This document shows, in pieces, positions 1 through 10,241 of a stretch of DNA of 63,186 bases (position 1 is the stretch's first letter; each line of letters opens with the position of its first letter). The translations under genes and the position numbers were made by a program. The notes under the pieces were generated by a model. It was not told the origin of the DNA. It made no database searches and worked only from the letters and a program-made list of their open reading frames with translations. The stretch is from Bacillota bacterium (GTDB lineage: Bacteria; Gemmatimonadota; Gemmatimonadetes; Gemmatimonadales; GWC2-71-9), in the NCBI GenBank assembly GCA_050257015.1, contig JBLMWC010000108.1:1-63186 (forward strand), read 5' to 3'.

Positions 1-2
1 TC

Positions 3-455
3 AACATGGACATGGTGGGGCGGGGCAACGCCTGGGACGTGACCGGCAAGTCGAAGGACGGCGCGGTGCTCCGGGGCAGCCCCAACTACCTGCAGCTGGT
101 CGGCTCGCGCCGGCTCTCGAGTGAGCTCGGCAACATCGTCGAGCAGGTGAACACCAGCGGCAAGTACGGCTTCGTATTCGATTACGGGATGGACGCCAAC
201 GGCCACCCGATGAACATCTACTGCCGGAGCGACCACTACGAGTACGCGCGCTACGGCATTCCGATCACCTTCTTCACCACCGGCGGGCACTCGGACTACC
301 ATCAGGTGACCGACGAGCCCCAGTACATCGACTACGACCACATGGCCCGTATCAGCCGACTCGTGGAGGACGTCGCGATGCACGTGGCCAACCTCGACCA
401 TCGCGTCGTGGTGGACCAGCCGAAGCCCGATCCGCGCGGCGGCTGCCGCCAGTAG
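3..455 (+). CDS. M28 family peptidase, C-terminal part (truncated at window start)
   Basis: NMDMVGR, RSDHYEYARYGIPITFF and DYHQVTD motifs typical of M28 peptidases; frame is open at the window edge. Confidence 0.85.
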   Translation, partial: NMDMVGRGNAWDVTGKSKDGAVLRGSPNYLQLVGSRRLSSELGNIVEQVNTSGKYGFVFDYGMDANGHPMNIYCRSDHYEYARYGIPITFFTTGGHSDYHQVTDEPQYIDYDHMARISRLVEDVAMHVANLDHRVVVDQPKPDPRGGCRQ

Positions 456-466
456 GACCGGCTCCG

Positions 467-514
467 AACGACGAACGGGCGGCGGCACCACGGTGCCGCC
501 GCCCGTTCGTCGTT
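467..514. terminator. Perfect 23-bp inverted repeat between convergent genes; probable bidirectional terminator
   Basis: aacgacgaacgggcggcggcacc (467-489) / ggtgccgccgcccgttcgtcgtt (492-514). Confidence 0.75.
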
Positions 515-527
515 TCCGGACGCGGCG

Positions 528-1568
528 CTACAGCGACTTCATGTCGATGACGAACCGGTAGTGGACGTCGGCGTTGATGGTGCGTTCGTAGGCCTCGTTC
601 ACCTGCTGGATCGGAATCAGCTCGATGTCGGCGGTAATGCCGTGCTCGGCACAGAAGTCGAGCATCTCCTGGGTCTCCCGAATGCCACCGATCGACGAAC
701 CGGCGAGGCTGTTCCGGCGGGCCATCAAGGCGAATGCGGGTACGCTCGCGGGCTCGGTGGGAATCCCGACCAGCACCATCGCTCCGTCACGCGCGAGGAG
801 CTTCAGGTACATCGTGAGGTCATGCGGAGCCGAGACGGTGTCGAGGATGAAGTCGAAGGACCGGGCGGCGCTTCTGAGCGCCGGCGGGTCGCTCGTCAGC
901 AGGAATTCGTGGGCGCCGAGGCGGCGCGCATCCGGCTCCTTGCCGGGCGACGTGCTGAGCACCGTGACCGTCGCACCCATCGCCGCCGCGATCTTCACCC
1001 CCACGTGCCCGAGCCCGCCGAGCCCGACGACCGCGACGCGGCTACCCGGTCCGACCTTCCAGTGCCGGAGCGGGGAGTACGTGGTGATGCCGGCGCAGAG
1101 GAGCGGCGCCGCACCGTCGGGCGGCATGCCGGTCGGGATGCAGAGGGTATAGTTCTCGTCGACGACGATGCTCGACGAATAGCCGCCGAAGGTCGGGTGA
1201 CCCTGCTTGTCGCGGCTGTTGTAGGTCGCGACGATCTGGCCCTCGCAGTACTGCTCGAGCCCCTCCCGGCAGCTCTCGCACCGGCGGCACGAATCCACGA
1301 AGCAGCCCACGCCCGCGAGGTCGCCGACCCTGAATCGCGTGACCTTGCTGCCCACCTCCGTCACCCGCCCCACGATCTCGTGGCCCGGGACCATCGGGTA
1401 GATGGAATTGCCCCACTCGTCCCGTGCCTGGTGGATGTCCGAGTGACAGATGCCGCAGTAGAGGATGTCGATCACGACGTCCTGTGGCCCGGGCGCCCGT
1501 CGCTCGAATGCGAACGGCTCGAGCGCCGCCGTCGGTCCGGCGGTGGCGTATCCCCGCGCCGACCTCAC
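528..1568 (-). CDS. Zn-dependent NAD(P)-dependent alcohol dehydrogenase (cinnamyl-ADH/YahK-like)
   Basis: CGICHSD, GHEIVG, structural Zn CxxCxxC...C, GLGGLG Rossmann motif, YRFVID C-terminus. Confidence 0.93.
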   Translation of the reverse strand: MRSARGYATAGPTAALEPFAFERRAPGPQDVVIDILYCGICHSDIHQARDEWGNSIYPMVPGHEIVGRVTEVGSKVTRFRVGDLAGVGCFVDSCRRCESCREGLEQYCEGQIVATYNSRDKQGHPTFGGYSSSIVVDENYTLCIPTGMPPDGAAPLLCAGITTYSPLRHWKVGPGSRVAVVGLGGLGHVGVKIAAAMGATVTVLSTSPGKEPDARRLGAHEFLLTSDPPALRSAARSFDFILDTVSAPHDLTMYLKLLARDGAMVLVGIPTEPASVPAFALMARRNSLAGSSIGGIRETQEMLDFCAEHGITADIELIPIQQVNEAYERTINADVHYRFVIDMKSL

Positions 1569-2557
1569 AGCCCGACCGCCTGCATGCCGGCGGCTGCGTA
1601 ACGGTCTCCTGCGGCGGCGCCCCTTGGCGCGACTTCATCGATGCGCCGGAGATCCTCCGGGGAGAGGTCGAGCCGGACTGCTTCCATGTTCTCCTCGAGT
1701 CGATTGCGGTGACGGGTGCCGGGAATCGGTACGACACCCTCTCCATGCGCGAGCAGCCACGCGAGCGCGAGCTGCGCCGGCGTGCACCGCTTCTCCCGGG
1801 CGATCTCGACCAGGCGGTCCACCAGGTCGAGATTGCGCTGGAAGTTCTCCCCCTGAAACCGCGGATTCATACGGCGGAAATCGTCCGGCGCCAGATCGTC
1901 GAAGGTGCGGATCTGCCCGGTGAGGAACCCGCGGCCGAGCGGACTGTAGGCCACGAAGCCGATCCCCAGCTCGCGGCACACGGCGAGCGAGTCGTCCTCG
2001 GGGTCCCGGGTCCACAGCGAGTACTCGCTCTGCAGCGCCGTGATCGGGTGGACCGAATGGGCCCGGCGAACGGTCGTCGGCGCCGCCTCGGAAAGGCCGA
2101 GAAAGCGGACCTTGCCGGCCTGGACCAGGTCGCCCATGGCGCCAACCGTCTCCTCGATCGGAACCGTCGGATCGACCCGGTGCTGATAGTAGAGATCGAT
2201 CACGTCAACGCCGAGCCGCCGGAGCGATGCGTCGCACGCGGTGCGGACGTACTCCGGACGGCCGTTGATCCGTCGGGCCGCGGGATCGGCCGGGTTCCGT
2301 ACGTTGCCGAACTTGGTCGCGAGCACCACATCGTTCCGGCGCCCCCGGATGCTCCGCCCGACCAGCTCCTCGTTGCGTCCCATGCCGTACATGTCGGCGG
2401 TATCGAGGAAGGTGATTCCGAGGTCCAGTGCCCGCGCGATCGTCGCGGCCGACTCGCGCTCGTCGGCGGGACCGTAGAATTCAGACATGCCCATGCATCC
2501 GAGTCCGATGGCGGAGGTCTCGAGGCCCTGGGTGCCGAGTCTTCGTGTTTCGATCAT
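1565..2557 (-). CDS. Aldo/keto reductase
   Basis: [42 protein letters not shown] motifs; GGAG RBS. Confidence 0.95.
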   Translation of the reverse strand: MIETRRLGTQGLETSAIGLGCMGMSEFYGPADERESAATIARALDLGITFLDTADMYGMGRNEELVGRSIRGRRNDVVLATKFGNVRNPADPAARRINGRPEYVRTACDASLRRLGVDVIDLYYQHRVDPTVPIEETVGAMGDLVQAGKVRFLGLSEAAPTTVRRAHSVHPITALQSEYSLWTRDPEDDSLAVCRELGIGFVAYSPLGRGFLTGQIRTFDDLAPDDFRRMNPRFQGENFQRNLDLVDRLVEIAREKRCTPAQLALAWLLAHGEGVVPIPGTRHRNRLEENMEAVRLDLSPEDLRRIDEVAPRGAAAGDRYAAAGMQAVGL

Positions 2558-2669
2558 CTGCTGCTCCAGCTAAACGGAACCCGCAAGATACTCGACCGGT
2601 CCCCGCGCTTGTCCGGCGGGCGACCATCCGTGCACATTTCCGCGGCTTTGACCCTCTCCGGGAGACTCA

Positions 2670-3524
2670 GTGGCGACGATCTGGCTCGACGGCGCATGGC
2701 ACGACCGCGACACCGCCAGGGTGTCCGTCTTCGATCATGGCCTCCTGTACGGGGACGGCGTCTTCGAGGGAATCCGCGTATACGCCGGGAAGATCTTCCG
2801 CCTTGGCGACCACATCGATCGACTCTACGACTCGGCGCGGGCCATCTGGCTCACGGTGCCGATTCCGCGTGACGAGATGATCTCGGTGACGGAGGAAGCG
2901 GTGCGCCGCTCGGGGCTGACGGATGCCTACGTGCGCCACATCGTCACCCGCGGTGTCGGCGACCTCGGCCTCGATCCCCGCAAGTGCCTGAAGCCGTCGA
3001 TCATCATCATCGTCGACGGCATCCGCATGTGGCCCGCCGAGCTGTACGATCGCGGCCTGCGTGTCATCACCGCCGCCACGCCGATCCCCCAGCGCGAGTC
3101 GCTTTCCCCCCGCGTCAAGTCGCTCAACTATCTGGCGCACATCCTCGCCCGGGTCGAGGGGATCAACGCCGGCGCCGACGAAGTGCTGATGCTCGACAGC
3201 GCCGGCCACGTGGCCGAGGGATCGGGCGAGAACATCTTCGTGGTGAAGGACGGGCGCATTCGCACGCCGCCGCCCTACGCCGGCATCCTCAAGGGTGTGA
3301 CGCGCGACGTGGTGATGGAGCTGGCGGGTGAAGCGGGGTACGAGGTGCGGGAGGAAGTCCTGAACCGCTACGACGTCTACACTGCCGACGAAGCCTTCTT
3401 CACCGGAACAGCGGCGGAGATCATCGGCATCCGGGAGCTCGATGGCCGCATGGTCGGCGAAGGACGCCGCGGCCCCGTCACCGCCGAACTCGCCCGCCGC
3501 TTCCACGCGCTCACCCGCGGGTGA
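2670..3524 (+). CDS. ilvE: Branched-chain amino acid aminotransferase (class IV PLP)
   Basis: DHGLLYGDGVFEGIR, KSLNY, EGSGENIF, ILKGVTR, ADEAFFTGTAAE; GGAGA RBS before GTG. Confidence 0.92.
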   Translation: MATIWLDGAWHDRDTARVSVFDHGLLYGDGVFEGIRVYAGKIFRLGDHIDRLYDSARAIWLTVPIPRDEMISVTEEAVRRSGLTDAYVRHIVTRGVGDLGLDPRKCLKPSIIIIVDGIRMWPAELYDRGLRVITAATPIPQRESLSPRVKSLNYLAHILARVEGINAGADEVLMLDSAGHVAEGSGENIFVVKDGRIRTPPPYAGILKGVTRDVVMELAGEAGYEVREEVLNRYDVYTADEAFFTGTAAEIIGIRELDGRMVGEGRRGPVTAELARRFHALTRG

Positions 3525-4117
3525 GCCTCCGGCCCGCGATCGCGATCCTGCTCGAGCCGCCGCGGCTCGGAGCGGTCAAGCCGCGGCTGACCGGCGATGT
3601 CGGCCCCCACCATGCGCTCCGTCTTTACCGCGTGCTCGCGGCCCGGACCCTTGCCGCGGTGCGGGCGCTCGATCTGCCGGCGGTCATCTGGTTCACGCCG
3701 GCCGAGGCGCAGCCGGAGATGCGCCACTGGCTGGGGCCCGGCTGGGAGCTTCGGCCACAGGCGTCGGGCGCGCTCGGCGCCAGGATCGCCGCCGCGGCGC
3801 ACGGCGTCGAGCCCGGCGCGCCCTGGATCATGGTGCTCTCGGAGAGTCTCGGCCTCGCACCCGAAATTCTGGGTGCGGCGGTGGATGCGCTGATCGACCA
3901 TCCTGCAGTTCTGGGCCCGGCGCAGGACGGCGGATGCTATCTCATCGGCGCGCGGCGGCCGATGCCGGGCCTCGCGGCGGAAGTGCGCGACGCGATCGCT
4001 CCGCTGCCGGCGCTCCGGCGGGCGCTGGATCGCCTCGCCCCCGAATGGCACCAGCTGCCCGAGATCCGGACGATCGAGACCGGCGCCGATGCCCGGGCGG
4101 CGGGGCTGATCGCCTGA
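3521..4117 (+). CDS. DUF2064 / TIGR04282-like glycosyltransferase-fold (CofC-like) protein
   Basis: PRLGAVKPRL, Q..G.LGARI, VLGPAQDGGCYLIG motifs; GTGA overlap with ilvE. Confidence 0.75.
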   Translation: MSLRPAIAILLEPPRLGAVKPRLTGDVGPHHALRLYRVLAARTLAAVRALDLPAVIWFTPAEAQPEMRHWLGPGWELRPQASGALGARIAAAAHGVEPGAPWIMVLSESLGLAPEILGAAVDALIDHPAVLGPAQDGGCYLIGARRPMPGLAAEVRDAIAPLPALRRALDRLAPEWHQLPEIRTIETGADARAAGLIA

Positions 4118-4121
4118 GCCG

Positions 4122-5033
4122 TCACTCGGCCGCGGCGCCGGTGAGCTGGCGGTAGACGATGCGCGACACGTCGGCGATCACACGAGCGGCGTCGCGCTCG
4201 TCCTGGTATCCCCGGGTGAGGACGACGAGCACGTACGGTGCGCGGCCCGCCGGGTAGACGATCGCGGCGTCGTGGAGCAGGGCGGTGATGCTTCCGGTCT
4301 TGTGCGCCACGCGTACGCCGCGCGGCAGCCCGGCGGGAATCCCCTCGTTGAATTCCTGCGCCAGCAGCATCCGGACGATCTCGCGCGTGGCCGCGGGCGA
4401 GGCGGCGCGATGCTGCTCGATTGCGGCGAGGAGAGTGGCGAGGTCGCGCGCCGTGGTGGTGTTGTTGAGTCCTCGCGCGTACGCCTTGTCGTCCTCGACG
4501 CCGCGCCGGACCTGAATCGAATCGGCGCCGAGCCGGTGCGCGGTGGCGTTGACCCGTGCCGGATCGACCCGCGCGATCAGAAGGTTCGTCGCCAGGTTGC
4601 TGCTGCGCTCGATCATCAGCTCCGCCAGACGCCGCTGGGTGACGGACTGTCCCTCGAGCGCGTAGAGCGAGGAATCGGAGTCGTCGGCCGGGTCGAGCGT
4701 GAACGGCGAGCCGTCGGCGAGGGAGACGAAGCTGTTCCGGACCGGCACGGGTTCGTCCCAGCCGGTGCGTCCGGAGTCCACGTCGCGCGCGAGCTGAATG
4801 AGGACCGGGACCTTCATGGTGCTGGCGGCGTGATAGCGGAGGTCGGCGTTCCGGAAGACGGTGTCGCCGGAGCCGAGATCGATGAAGGCGACGGCCACGG
4901 TCCCGCGCTCGGGGGCGAGCCGACGCTCGATCGCGGCTCGCAACGGCAGGGGCGAGGCGGCTGGCACGCCCCCTGCCTGTGGGGAGCATCCCAGCGCCAG
5001 CAGGACCACCGGGCCGAAAGGATAGAGTCGCAT
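4122..5033 (-). CDS. Class A beta-lactamase-like serine hydrolase, probable lipoprotein
   Basis: AASTMK (SxxK), SSN (SDN-like) and HKTG motifs; LALGC lipobox after ATG at 5033. Confidence 0.85.
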   Translation of the reverse strand: MRLYPFGPVVLLALGCSPQAGGVPAASPLPLRAAIERRLAPERGTVAVAFIDLGSGDTVFRNADLRYHAASTMKVPVLIQLARDVDSGRTGWDEPVPVRNSFVSLADGSPFTLDPADDSDSSLYALEGQSVTQRRLAELMIERSSNLATNLLIARVDPARVNATAHRLGADSIQVRRGVEDDKAYARGLNNTTTARDLATLLAAIEQHRAASPAATREIVRMLLAQEFNEGIPAGLPRGVRVAHKTGSITALLHDAAIVYPAGRAPYVLVVLTRGYQDERDAARVIADVSRIVYRQLTGAAAE

Positions 5034-5496
5034 GAGTGAAGATAGCACCCGGGCCACCGAGTCCACGACGACCGCAGCCACGGCGCCTTTCCCGGTACAG
5101 GACCGTCTCAGATTCGCGCAGTTCGTCCTCGAACGACTCCCCAACGGCCGCTGCCGCGCCAAGGTCGAGCTGACCTGGCGGGACTCCGAGCGCTTCAGCG
5201 GCGAGTCGGAAGGCCTCGCCTCCCAGGCCGGCGAGCTGCGCTGCGCCGCCGAAGCGACGGTGCATGCGCTGACGCAGTCGGTGGAGGGCGGCGTCGCGTT
5301 CGAGCTGCTGGGCGTGAAAGCGGTCCGCGCCTTCGACGCGACGGTCGTGATCGTCTCGCTGTCGGTGCAGGCGGACGAGCGCTCGCATCGGGTGGTGGGG
5401 TCGTATCTGAGCGACACGGAGCCGGCACGGGGCGCGGCGCTCGCGGTGCTGAACGCCACCAACCGCATTCTGGGGAACCGCCTCTTCATGCGCTGA
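5032..5496 (+). CDS. Hypothetical protein resembling a stand-alone LeuA allosteric (regulatory) domain
   Basis: High-GC codon usage; two beta-beta-beta-alpha-like halves ending AALAVLNATNR; start uncertain. Confidence 0.65.
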   Translation: MSEDSTRATESTTTAATAPFPVQDRLRFAQFVLERLPNGRCRAKVELTWRDSERFSGESEGLASQAGELRCAAEATVHALTQSVEGGVAFELLGVKAVRAFDATVVIVSLSVQADERSHRVVGSYLSDTEPARGAALAVLNATNRILGNRLFMR

Positions 5497-5888
5497 CCGG
5501 GTTCACCGGCGACGCTCAGCTCCGCCGGTGCATCTGTATCCTGTGCCTCGTTTCGCTTGGCCGCTCGGCATTTCGCCTGTCGCGGCACTCCCGCGCCACC
5601 CCCGCTCTGGCAGGGTCTTGCAGCTCTGCTGCAATCCGGTGGGACCAACTTCCCGTGCGAATGGGGGATCGGGATTCGGTGAATCTTTGGGGGATCGGTG
5701 GCATGGAACTGGCCACCTCGTAGCGCATCGCCGCCCTCACGGCTAACGTTCGCGCCGGCGGTGTGACCCTTCCGAGATTGCGCCTCACGCAGTCCGACTC
5801 AACACGAATCACGGCCCCCGCGCGCAGGCTCATGGGCGCGGCGGGCGGCGGCCTGACGCCGTCGCGATGCCCTCGAATCGGAGGACAA

Positions 5889-7676
5889 ATGAAGCGATTC
5901 GCGACTGTGGTGGGTCTTGCCTTGGTCTCGGCCTGCGCCGGCCAGCGGCACGCTCCGCCGACCGAGGTTGCGCCCGCGGCCGCTCCGTCGTCGCCCGCCG
6001 CAACCCGCGCCAGCAGCGCCGCCAGGACCGATCCCGCGCGGCACGCACCCAATCCCGACAGCATCGTCGTTCCGCCGGCACCGAGCGTCGACACGCGCAT
6101 CGACGCGGAAGTCGCGGCCGAGCTCAACGTGGCCGCGGACTCGGCCGCCGATGCCGAGATGCTCGAGAAGCTCGACGCCTCACGTCCGAGCGGCAAGGAC
6201 GACGCGACGCTGCCGGATGCGGCCGCGCACTCGCCGGGCGGGGGCGTCACCTGGGACATCGATGTCGCGAGCTTCAACAATCACGACCGCGTGCAGTACT
6301 ACCTCGATCTGTTCCAGGGCCCCGCGCGCGAGCGCATGGGCATCTGGCTCAATCGGATGCCGCGCTACGAGTCGATGATCCGCGAGCGCCTGCAGGAGCA
6401 GGGGCTTCCGGGCGACATGGTGTACCTCGCACTGATCGAGAGCGGCTTCTCGAACGTCGCGACGAGCTCGGCGCGCGCGGTGGGCATGTGGCAGTTCATG
6501 CGCGCCACCGGTCGCGGCTATGGCCTCCGGATCGACGGCTGGGTGGATGAGCGGCGTGATCCGGTGAAATCGACGATCGCGGCCACGCGCTTCCTGCACG
6601 ATCTCCGCGAGCGCTTCGGCTCCCTCTACCTCGCCGCCGCGGCGTACAACGCCGGTGCCGGGAAGGTCGGCCGCGGCCTCGACCGCATGGCGGATGACGA
6701 GGACGACGAGGGCTACAGCGACTCGACCTTCTTCCGTCTCTACGACACCGACTTCATCCGGCGCGAGACCAAGGACTACGTTCCCAAGCTGATCGCGGCG
6801 GCGCTCATCGCCAAGGAGCCGGCGCGCTACGGCTTTCATGTGGCCCCGGCCGGCCCGCTGGTCACCGACTCGATCGTGGTGCCCGACATGACGGGCCTCG
6901 ACGTCGTCGCCCGCCTGGCCGACACCACGGTGGCCGCCATCGCGGAGCTGAATCCGCAGTACCTCCGACTCGCGACCCCGCCGCATGCGCGGTCGGTGGT
7001 CCGGCTTCCGGCGGGGAGCGGCGAGCGCACCGCAACGGCCTACGCGGAGCTGCCGGCGTCGCAGCGCGTGAGCTTCGTGGAGCACGTCGTCACTCGCGGG
7101 CAGACCTCCGCGGCGATCGCGCGGCGGTACGGGATCTCGACCAGTTCGCTGATCGAGGCCAACCCGCGGCTGCGGCGGCATGCGCCACGCGCGGGGCAGC
7201 GGGTCATCGTTCCGCTGGATGGCCCGATGTCCACGGTCGTGGCCCGCCGGATCGCCGAGCCGGAGCCGAGCGAGGTGCAGTTCCACCGCGTGCGCCGGGG
7301 CGAGACGCTCTCACACATCGCCCGCCGGTACCACCTCTCACAGCGCCAGCTCCGGGCGTGGAACCATCTCGGCGCCAAGTCCCGTCTCCGGGCCGGGCAG
7401 CGTCTGCGGGTATCCCCGCCGGCTGCCCAGCGCGCCAAGCAGGCGAGCCGCAAGATCGCGTCGAAGGGAAGTACGACCCACGTGACCCGCCTCGCCGGCA
7501 AGGCGGGCGGGGTGTCGCATCCAGCCGCCGCGCGGCGGCACGTGGTGCGCCGGGGAGAAACGCTGACGGGCCTGGCCCGACGCTACGGCGTGTCGGTCCA
7601 GGCCCTCATGAGTGCCAACGGCATGTCGGCGCGGTCACAGCTCAAGGCCGGAACCGCCATCCGCATTCCTGCCTAG
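5889..7676 (+). CDS. MltD-like lytic transglycosylase lipoprotein with three LysM domains
   Basis: GGAGGA RBS; VSAC lipobox; LIESGF, AVGMWQFM, AAYNAG, ETKDYVPK; LysM motifs HVVTRGQT, HRVRRGETL, HVVRRGETL. Confidence 0.9.
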   Translation: MKRFATVVGLALVSACAGQRHAPPTEVAPAAAPSSPAATRASSAARTDPARHAPNPDSIVVPPAPSVDTRIDAEVAAELNVAADSAADAEMLEKLDASRPSGKDDATLPDAAAHSPGGGVTWDIDVASFNNHDRVQYYLDLFQGPARERMGIWLNRMPRYESMIRERLQEQGLPGDMVYLALIESGFSNVATSSARAVGMWQFMRATGRGYGLRIDGWVDERRDPVKSTIAATRFLHDLRERFGSLYLAAAAYNAGAGKVGRGLDRMADDEDDEGYSDSTFFRLYDTDFIRRETKDYVPKLIAAALIAKEPARYGFHVAPAGPLVTDSIVVPDMTGLDVVARLADTTVAAIAELNPQYLRLATPPHARSVVRLPAGSGERTATAYAELPASQRVSFVEHVVTRGQTSAAIARRYGISTSSLIEANPRLRRHAPRAGQRVIVPLDGPMSTVVARRIAEPEPSEVQFHRVRRGETLSHIARRYHLSQRQLRAWNHLGAKSRLRAGQRLRVSPPAAQRAKQASRKIASKGSTTHVTRLAGKAGGVSHPAAARRHVVRRGETLTGLARRYGVSVQALMSANGMSARSQLKAGTAIRIPA

Positions 7677-8365
7677 TTCGAGACTCCGCGCGCGGGCGCC
7701 GTGGGGCGGTACGCCTTGAGCACCGCGGACGAATAGCCGTTGCGCGGATTGCCGCCCTCTTCGAGAATCTGCTCCACTCGCGCCGGGCCACGGTTATAGG
7801 CCAGCAGCGCCAGGTGCGAGTCGTGATCGAACTGCACCATCAGATCCTTCAGGTACCGGAAGCCGAGCCGCAGGTTGAGATCGCGGTTCATCAGCTTCGT
7901 CTCCGTCACCGTGCGATCGTAGTGGCGAGCCGTCGCCACCTGGATCTGGGTGAAACCCATCGCGCCGGCCGAGCTCCGCGCGGTGCGCTTGAAGTTGCTC
8001 TCCACCTGCACCAGCCGGTATGCGATCGCCGGCTGGATTCCCTCGGCCACCGCGTTGTCGTAGATGGCGCCGGACAGCTCCGCCGGAATGCGGTAGCGGG
8101 CGGCATAGCTCAGGACCGCCTGCGTGCGCGCCAGCCGGCGCACCGCGACGGCGGCGTCATACTTCTCTGCGGCGAGCCGCTCCGCCGGCGTCAGCGCCAC
8201 CGCGCTGTCCCTCGCGGCCGCCGCTTCGGCAGCGCGGCTCCGCTGGCTCCAGGCACCAAGGGCGCTGACCAGCAGCACACCGGTCACCAGGACGCTCCCG
8301 CGCACGAGCAGACGCTCGAGCCAGGTGCTCCGTGGTGCGGTGTCGTCACTCGTCGGTGGTGTCAT
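7673..8365 (-). CDS. Membrane-anchored SLT-domain lytic transglycosylase
   Basis: N-terminal hydrophobic segment; QVESNF, GAMGFTQI, ALLAYNRG; GGAGG RBS. Confidence 0.85.
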   Translation of the reverse strand: MTPPTSDDTAPRSTWLERLLVRGSVLVTGVLLVSALGAWSQRSRAAEAAAARDSAVALTPAERLAAEKYDAAVAVRRLARTQAVLSYAARYRIPAELSGAIYDNAVAEGIQPAIAYRLVQVESNFKRTARSSAGAMGFTQIQVATARHYDRTVTETKLMNRDLNLRLGFRYLKDLMVQFDHDSHLALLAYNRGPARVEQILEEGGNPRNGYSSAVLKAYRPTAPARGVSN

Positions 8366-8396
8366 TGCCTTCCTCCCAGCTATAGAGAACCGCGGG

Positions 8397-8876
8397 CTAA
8401 GCGCCGGCGCGGGACCAGTCTCCCCGGGTTCCCCCGGTCTTGCTCATCAGTCGAATCCCTTCGACCTCCATCTCGCGATCCACCGCCTTGACCATGTCGT
8501 ACACGGTGAGGCAGGCGACCGCGACCGCGGTCAGTGCCTCCATCTCGACGCCGGTGCGGCCGGTTGCCGTGGCCGTCGCGGCGATGCGCACGCCCGGCAA
8601 CTCCGGGGCGAGGCGCGCCTCGACCGTGATCGAGTCGAGGCCGAGCGGGTGACAGAGCGGAATCAGCTCGCCGGTCCGCTTGGCTCCCATCGTGCCGGCG
8701 ACTTCGGCCACCGCGAGCACGTCGCCCTTGGCGACGCCGTTCGCGGAGACGAGCTCGTAGGCAGCGGCGCTCATCCGGACCGCGCCTTCCGCAGTCGCCG
8801 TCCGCAGCGTGACCGGCTTGCCGCTCACGTCGACCATGCGGGCTCGGCCATGCTCATCCACGTGCGACAGCTTCAC
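8397..8876 (-). CDS. moaC: Cyclic pyranopterin monophosphate synthase MoaC
   Basis: [34 protein letters not shown]. Confidence 0.96.
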   Translation of the reverse strand: MKLSHVDEHGRARMVDVSGKPVTLRTATAEGAVRMSAAAYELVSANGVAKGDVLAVAEVAGTMGAKRTGELIPLCHPLGLDSITVEARLAPELPGVRIAATATATGRTGVEMEALTAVAVACLTVYDMVKAVDREMEVEGIRLMSKTGGTRGDWSRAGA

Positions 8877-9958
8877 AGCAGTGCCGCCAGATCTTCGCCC
8901 AGCACCGCGAGGAGGAGCTGGGGATTCACGTTCCCGTAAGCCGCCTCGCGCGCTTCGCTCACACAGTCCATCGCCCGGAAGAGCGACTGCGGCTCGCAGC
9001 CGAGGAGACCGGCCGGCACCGGTCGCCGGACTCTCTCGCCCATGGCGCCGCGGGCGGCCTCGCCCAGCGTGTCGGCGACGGCGTCGAGGACCGCGCTGAA
9101 CTCGCCGCGGGCCGACCAGGGCTGCTGCCTGAGTGCCCGCTCGAGGCGCGGCCCGGGACCCGCAAGGACCGCCTCGAGGATCGCGCGGGCCGTCTCCTCG
9201 GTCTTGCCGTCGTCGGCTCCCGCCACCGCCGCGCCGATGGCCCCGGCGGCGCGGTGCACACGCGCCTCGAGAGTGGCGTCGTCGAGCGCGGGTTTCACTT
9301 CGTCGCGCAGGAACCGCCGGACTTCGTCATCGGTCAGCCGGCCGAGCCGAACCGGCACCGCGCGCGAGCGGATCGTCGGAAGCACGCGCCGCGCATCCAC
9401 CGCGGTCAGGATGAAGACGCTGTCCGCCGGCGGCTCCTCGAGGAGCTTGAGCAGCGCGTTGGCCGACTCCGGGCTCGACTCCTGAGGTACCAGCCGCTCG
9501 GCCTCACCCACGATGAAAATCTTGGGTCCGCGGCCCACCGGCGTCAGTGACGCAGCCCGCTGGAGCACCCGGGCGCTCGCCACACCATGACTGGCCATCC
9601 CGTCCGGTGCCGCGTACAACGGCCGGGTCCGCCGCTCCTCCATAACCGCTGCGAGGGCCTCAGCGGCTTCCTCCACCTGCTTGTCGACGTCTCCCGCCTT
9701 GGGGCGCGGAATCGGCACGAGCCAGTGCACATCGGGATGCTGCAGCGTGAGTACCTGCCGGCACCCGCGGCATTTCCCGCACGGTTCGGATTCCGCCTCT
9801 TCGCACTGGATCAGCTGCGCCAGCCAGAGTGCCAGGCGCTGCTTGCCCACCCCGGCCGGGCCCGTGAAGAGGAGGGTCTGGGGCAGTCGCCCGCTTCGGT
9901 AGGCGGAAGCGAGGCGTGCTCTGCTCTCCAGATGGCCCGCGAGCGGGGGCAGATTCAT
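8873..9958 (-). CDS. holB: DNA polymerase III delta' subunit
   Basis: [11 protein letters not shown], Zn motif [30 protein letters not shown]; start re-set to ATG 9958. Confidence 0.88.
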   Translation of the reverse strand: MNLPPLAGHLESRARLASAYRSGRLPQTLLFTGPAGVGKQRLALWLAQLIQCEEAESEPCGKCRGCRQVLTLQHPDVHWLVPIPRPKAGDVDKQVEEAAEALAAVMEERRTRPLYAAPDGMASHGVASARVLQRAASLTPVGRGPKIFIVGEAERLVPQESSPESANALLKLLEEPPADSVFILTAVDARRVLPTIRSRAVPVRLGRLTDDEVRRFLRDEVKPALDDATLEARVHRAAGAIGAAVAGADDGKTEETARAILEAVLAGPGPRLERALRQQPWSARGEFSAVLDAVADTLGEAARGAMGERVRRPVPAGLLGCEPQSLFRAMDCVSEAREAAYGNVNPQLLLAVLGEDLAALL

Positions 9959-10199
9959 GGGCTGGAAGGTAGGCCAGGGGGTGAAAATTGGGAACCGAAG
10001 GCTCTGTAACAGCTTTTTCAACAACGACTTAAGTGCACAGAACGGGGGGTCTGGCCGGCGGCATTTTCGACCGAATTGTCAGCGAGCACACACTCGCATT
10101 AAATTCTTGCGAGCAAATGCTCACAGGTGTCAGTAACCCTTTGCTGCAGGGCAAATTAGCCGAGGGGTCCCGGCCACCGCGGTCCGGGCCGCAGGAACG

Positions 10200-10228
10200 T
10201 TGACCGGGTTCGGCCTCGCGATTATCCT
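10200..10228 (+). promoter_or_regulatory. sigma70-type promoter for tRNA-Asn
   Basis: TTGACC (10200-10205), 17 bp spacer, TATCCT (10223-10228), 13 nt before the tRNA. Confidence 0.7.
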
Positions 10229-10241
10229 CTGTCACGACCAA

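Noticed and set aside
4122-5033. Bona fide antibiotic-resistance beta-lactamase
   Set aside because: SxxK/SxN/KTG are present, but there is no clear omega-loop ExxLN motif; better called a serine hydrolase
5608-5622. TGGCAGGGTCTTGCA as a sigma54 promoter
   Set aside because: GG-to-GC spacing is 9 nt, not the required 10
9960-10200. Replication origin
   Set aside because: No DnaA boxes (TTATCCACA-like) seen, no dnaA/dnaN context, and the region is short
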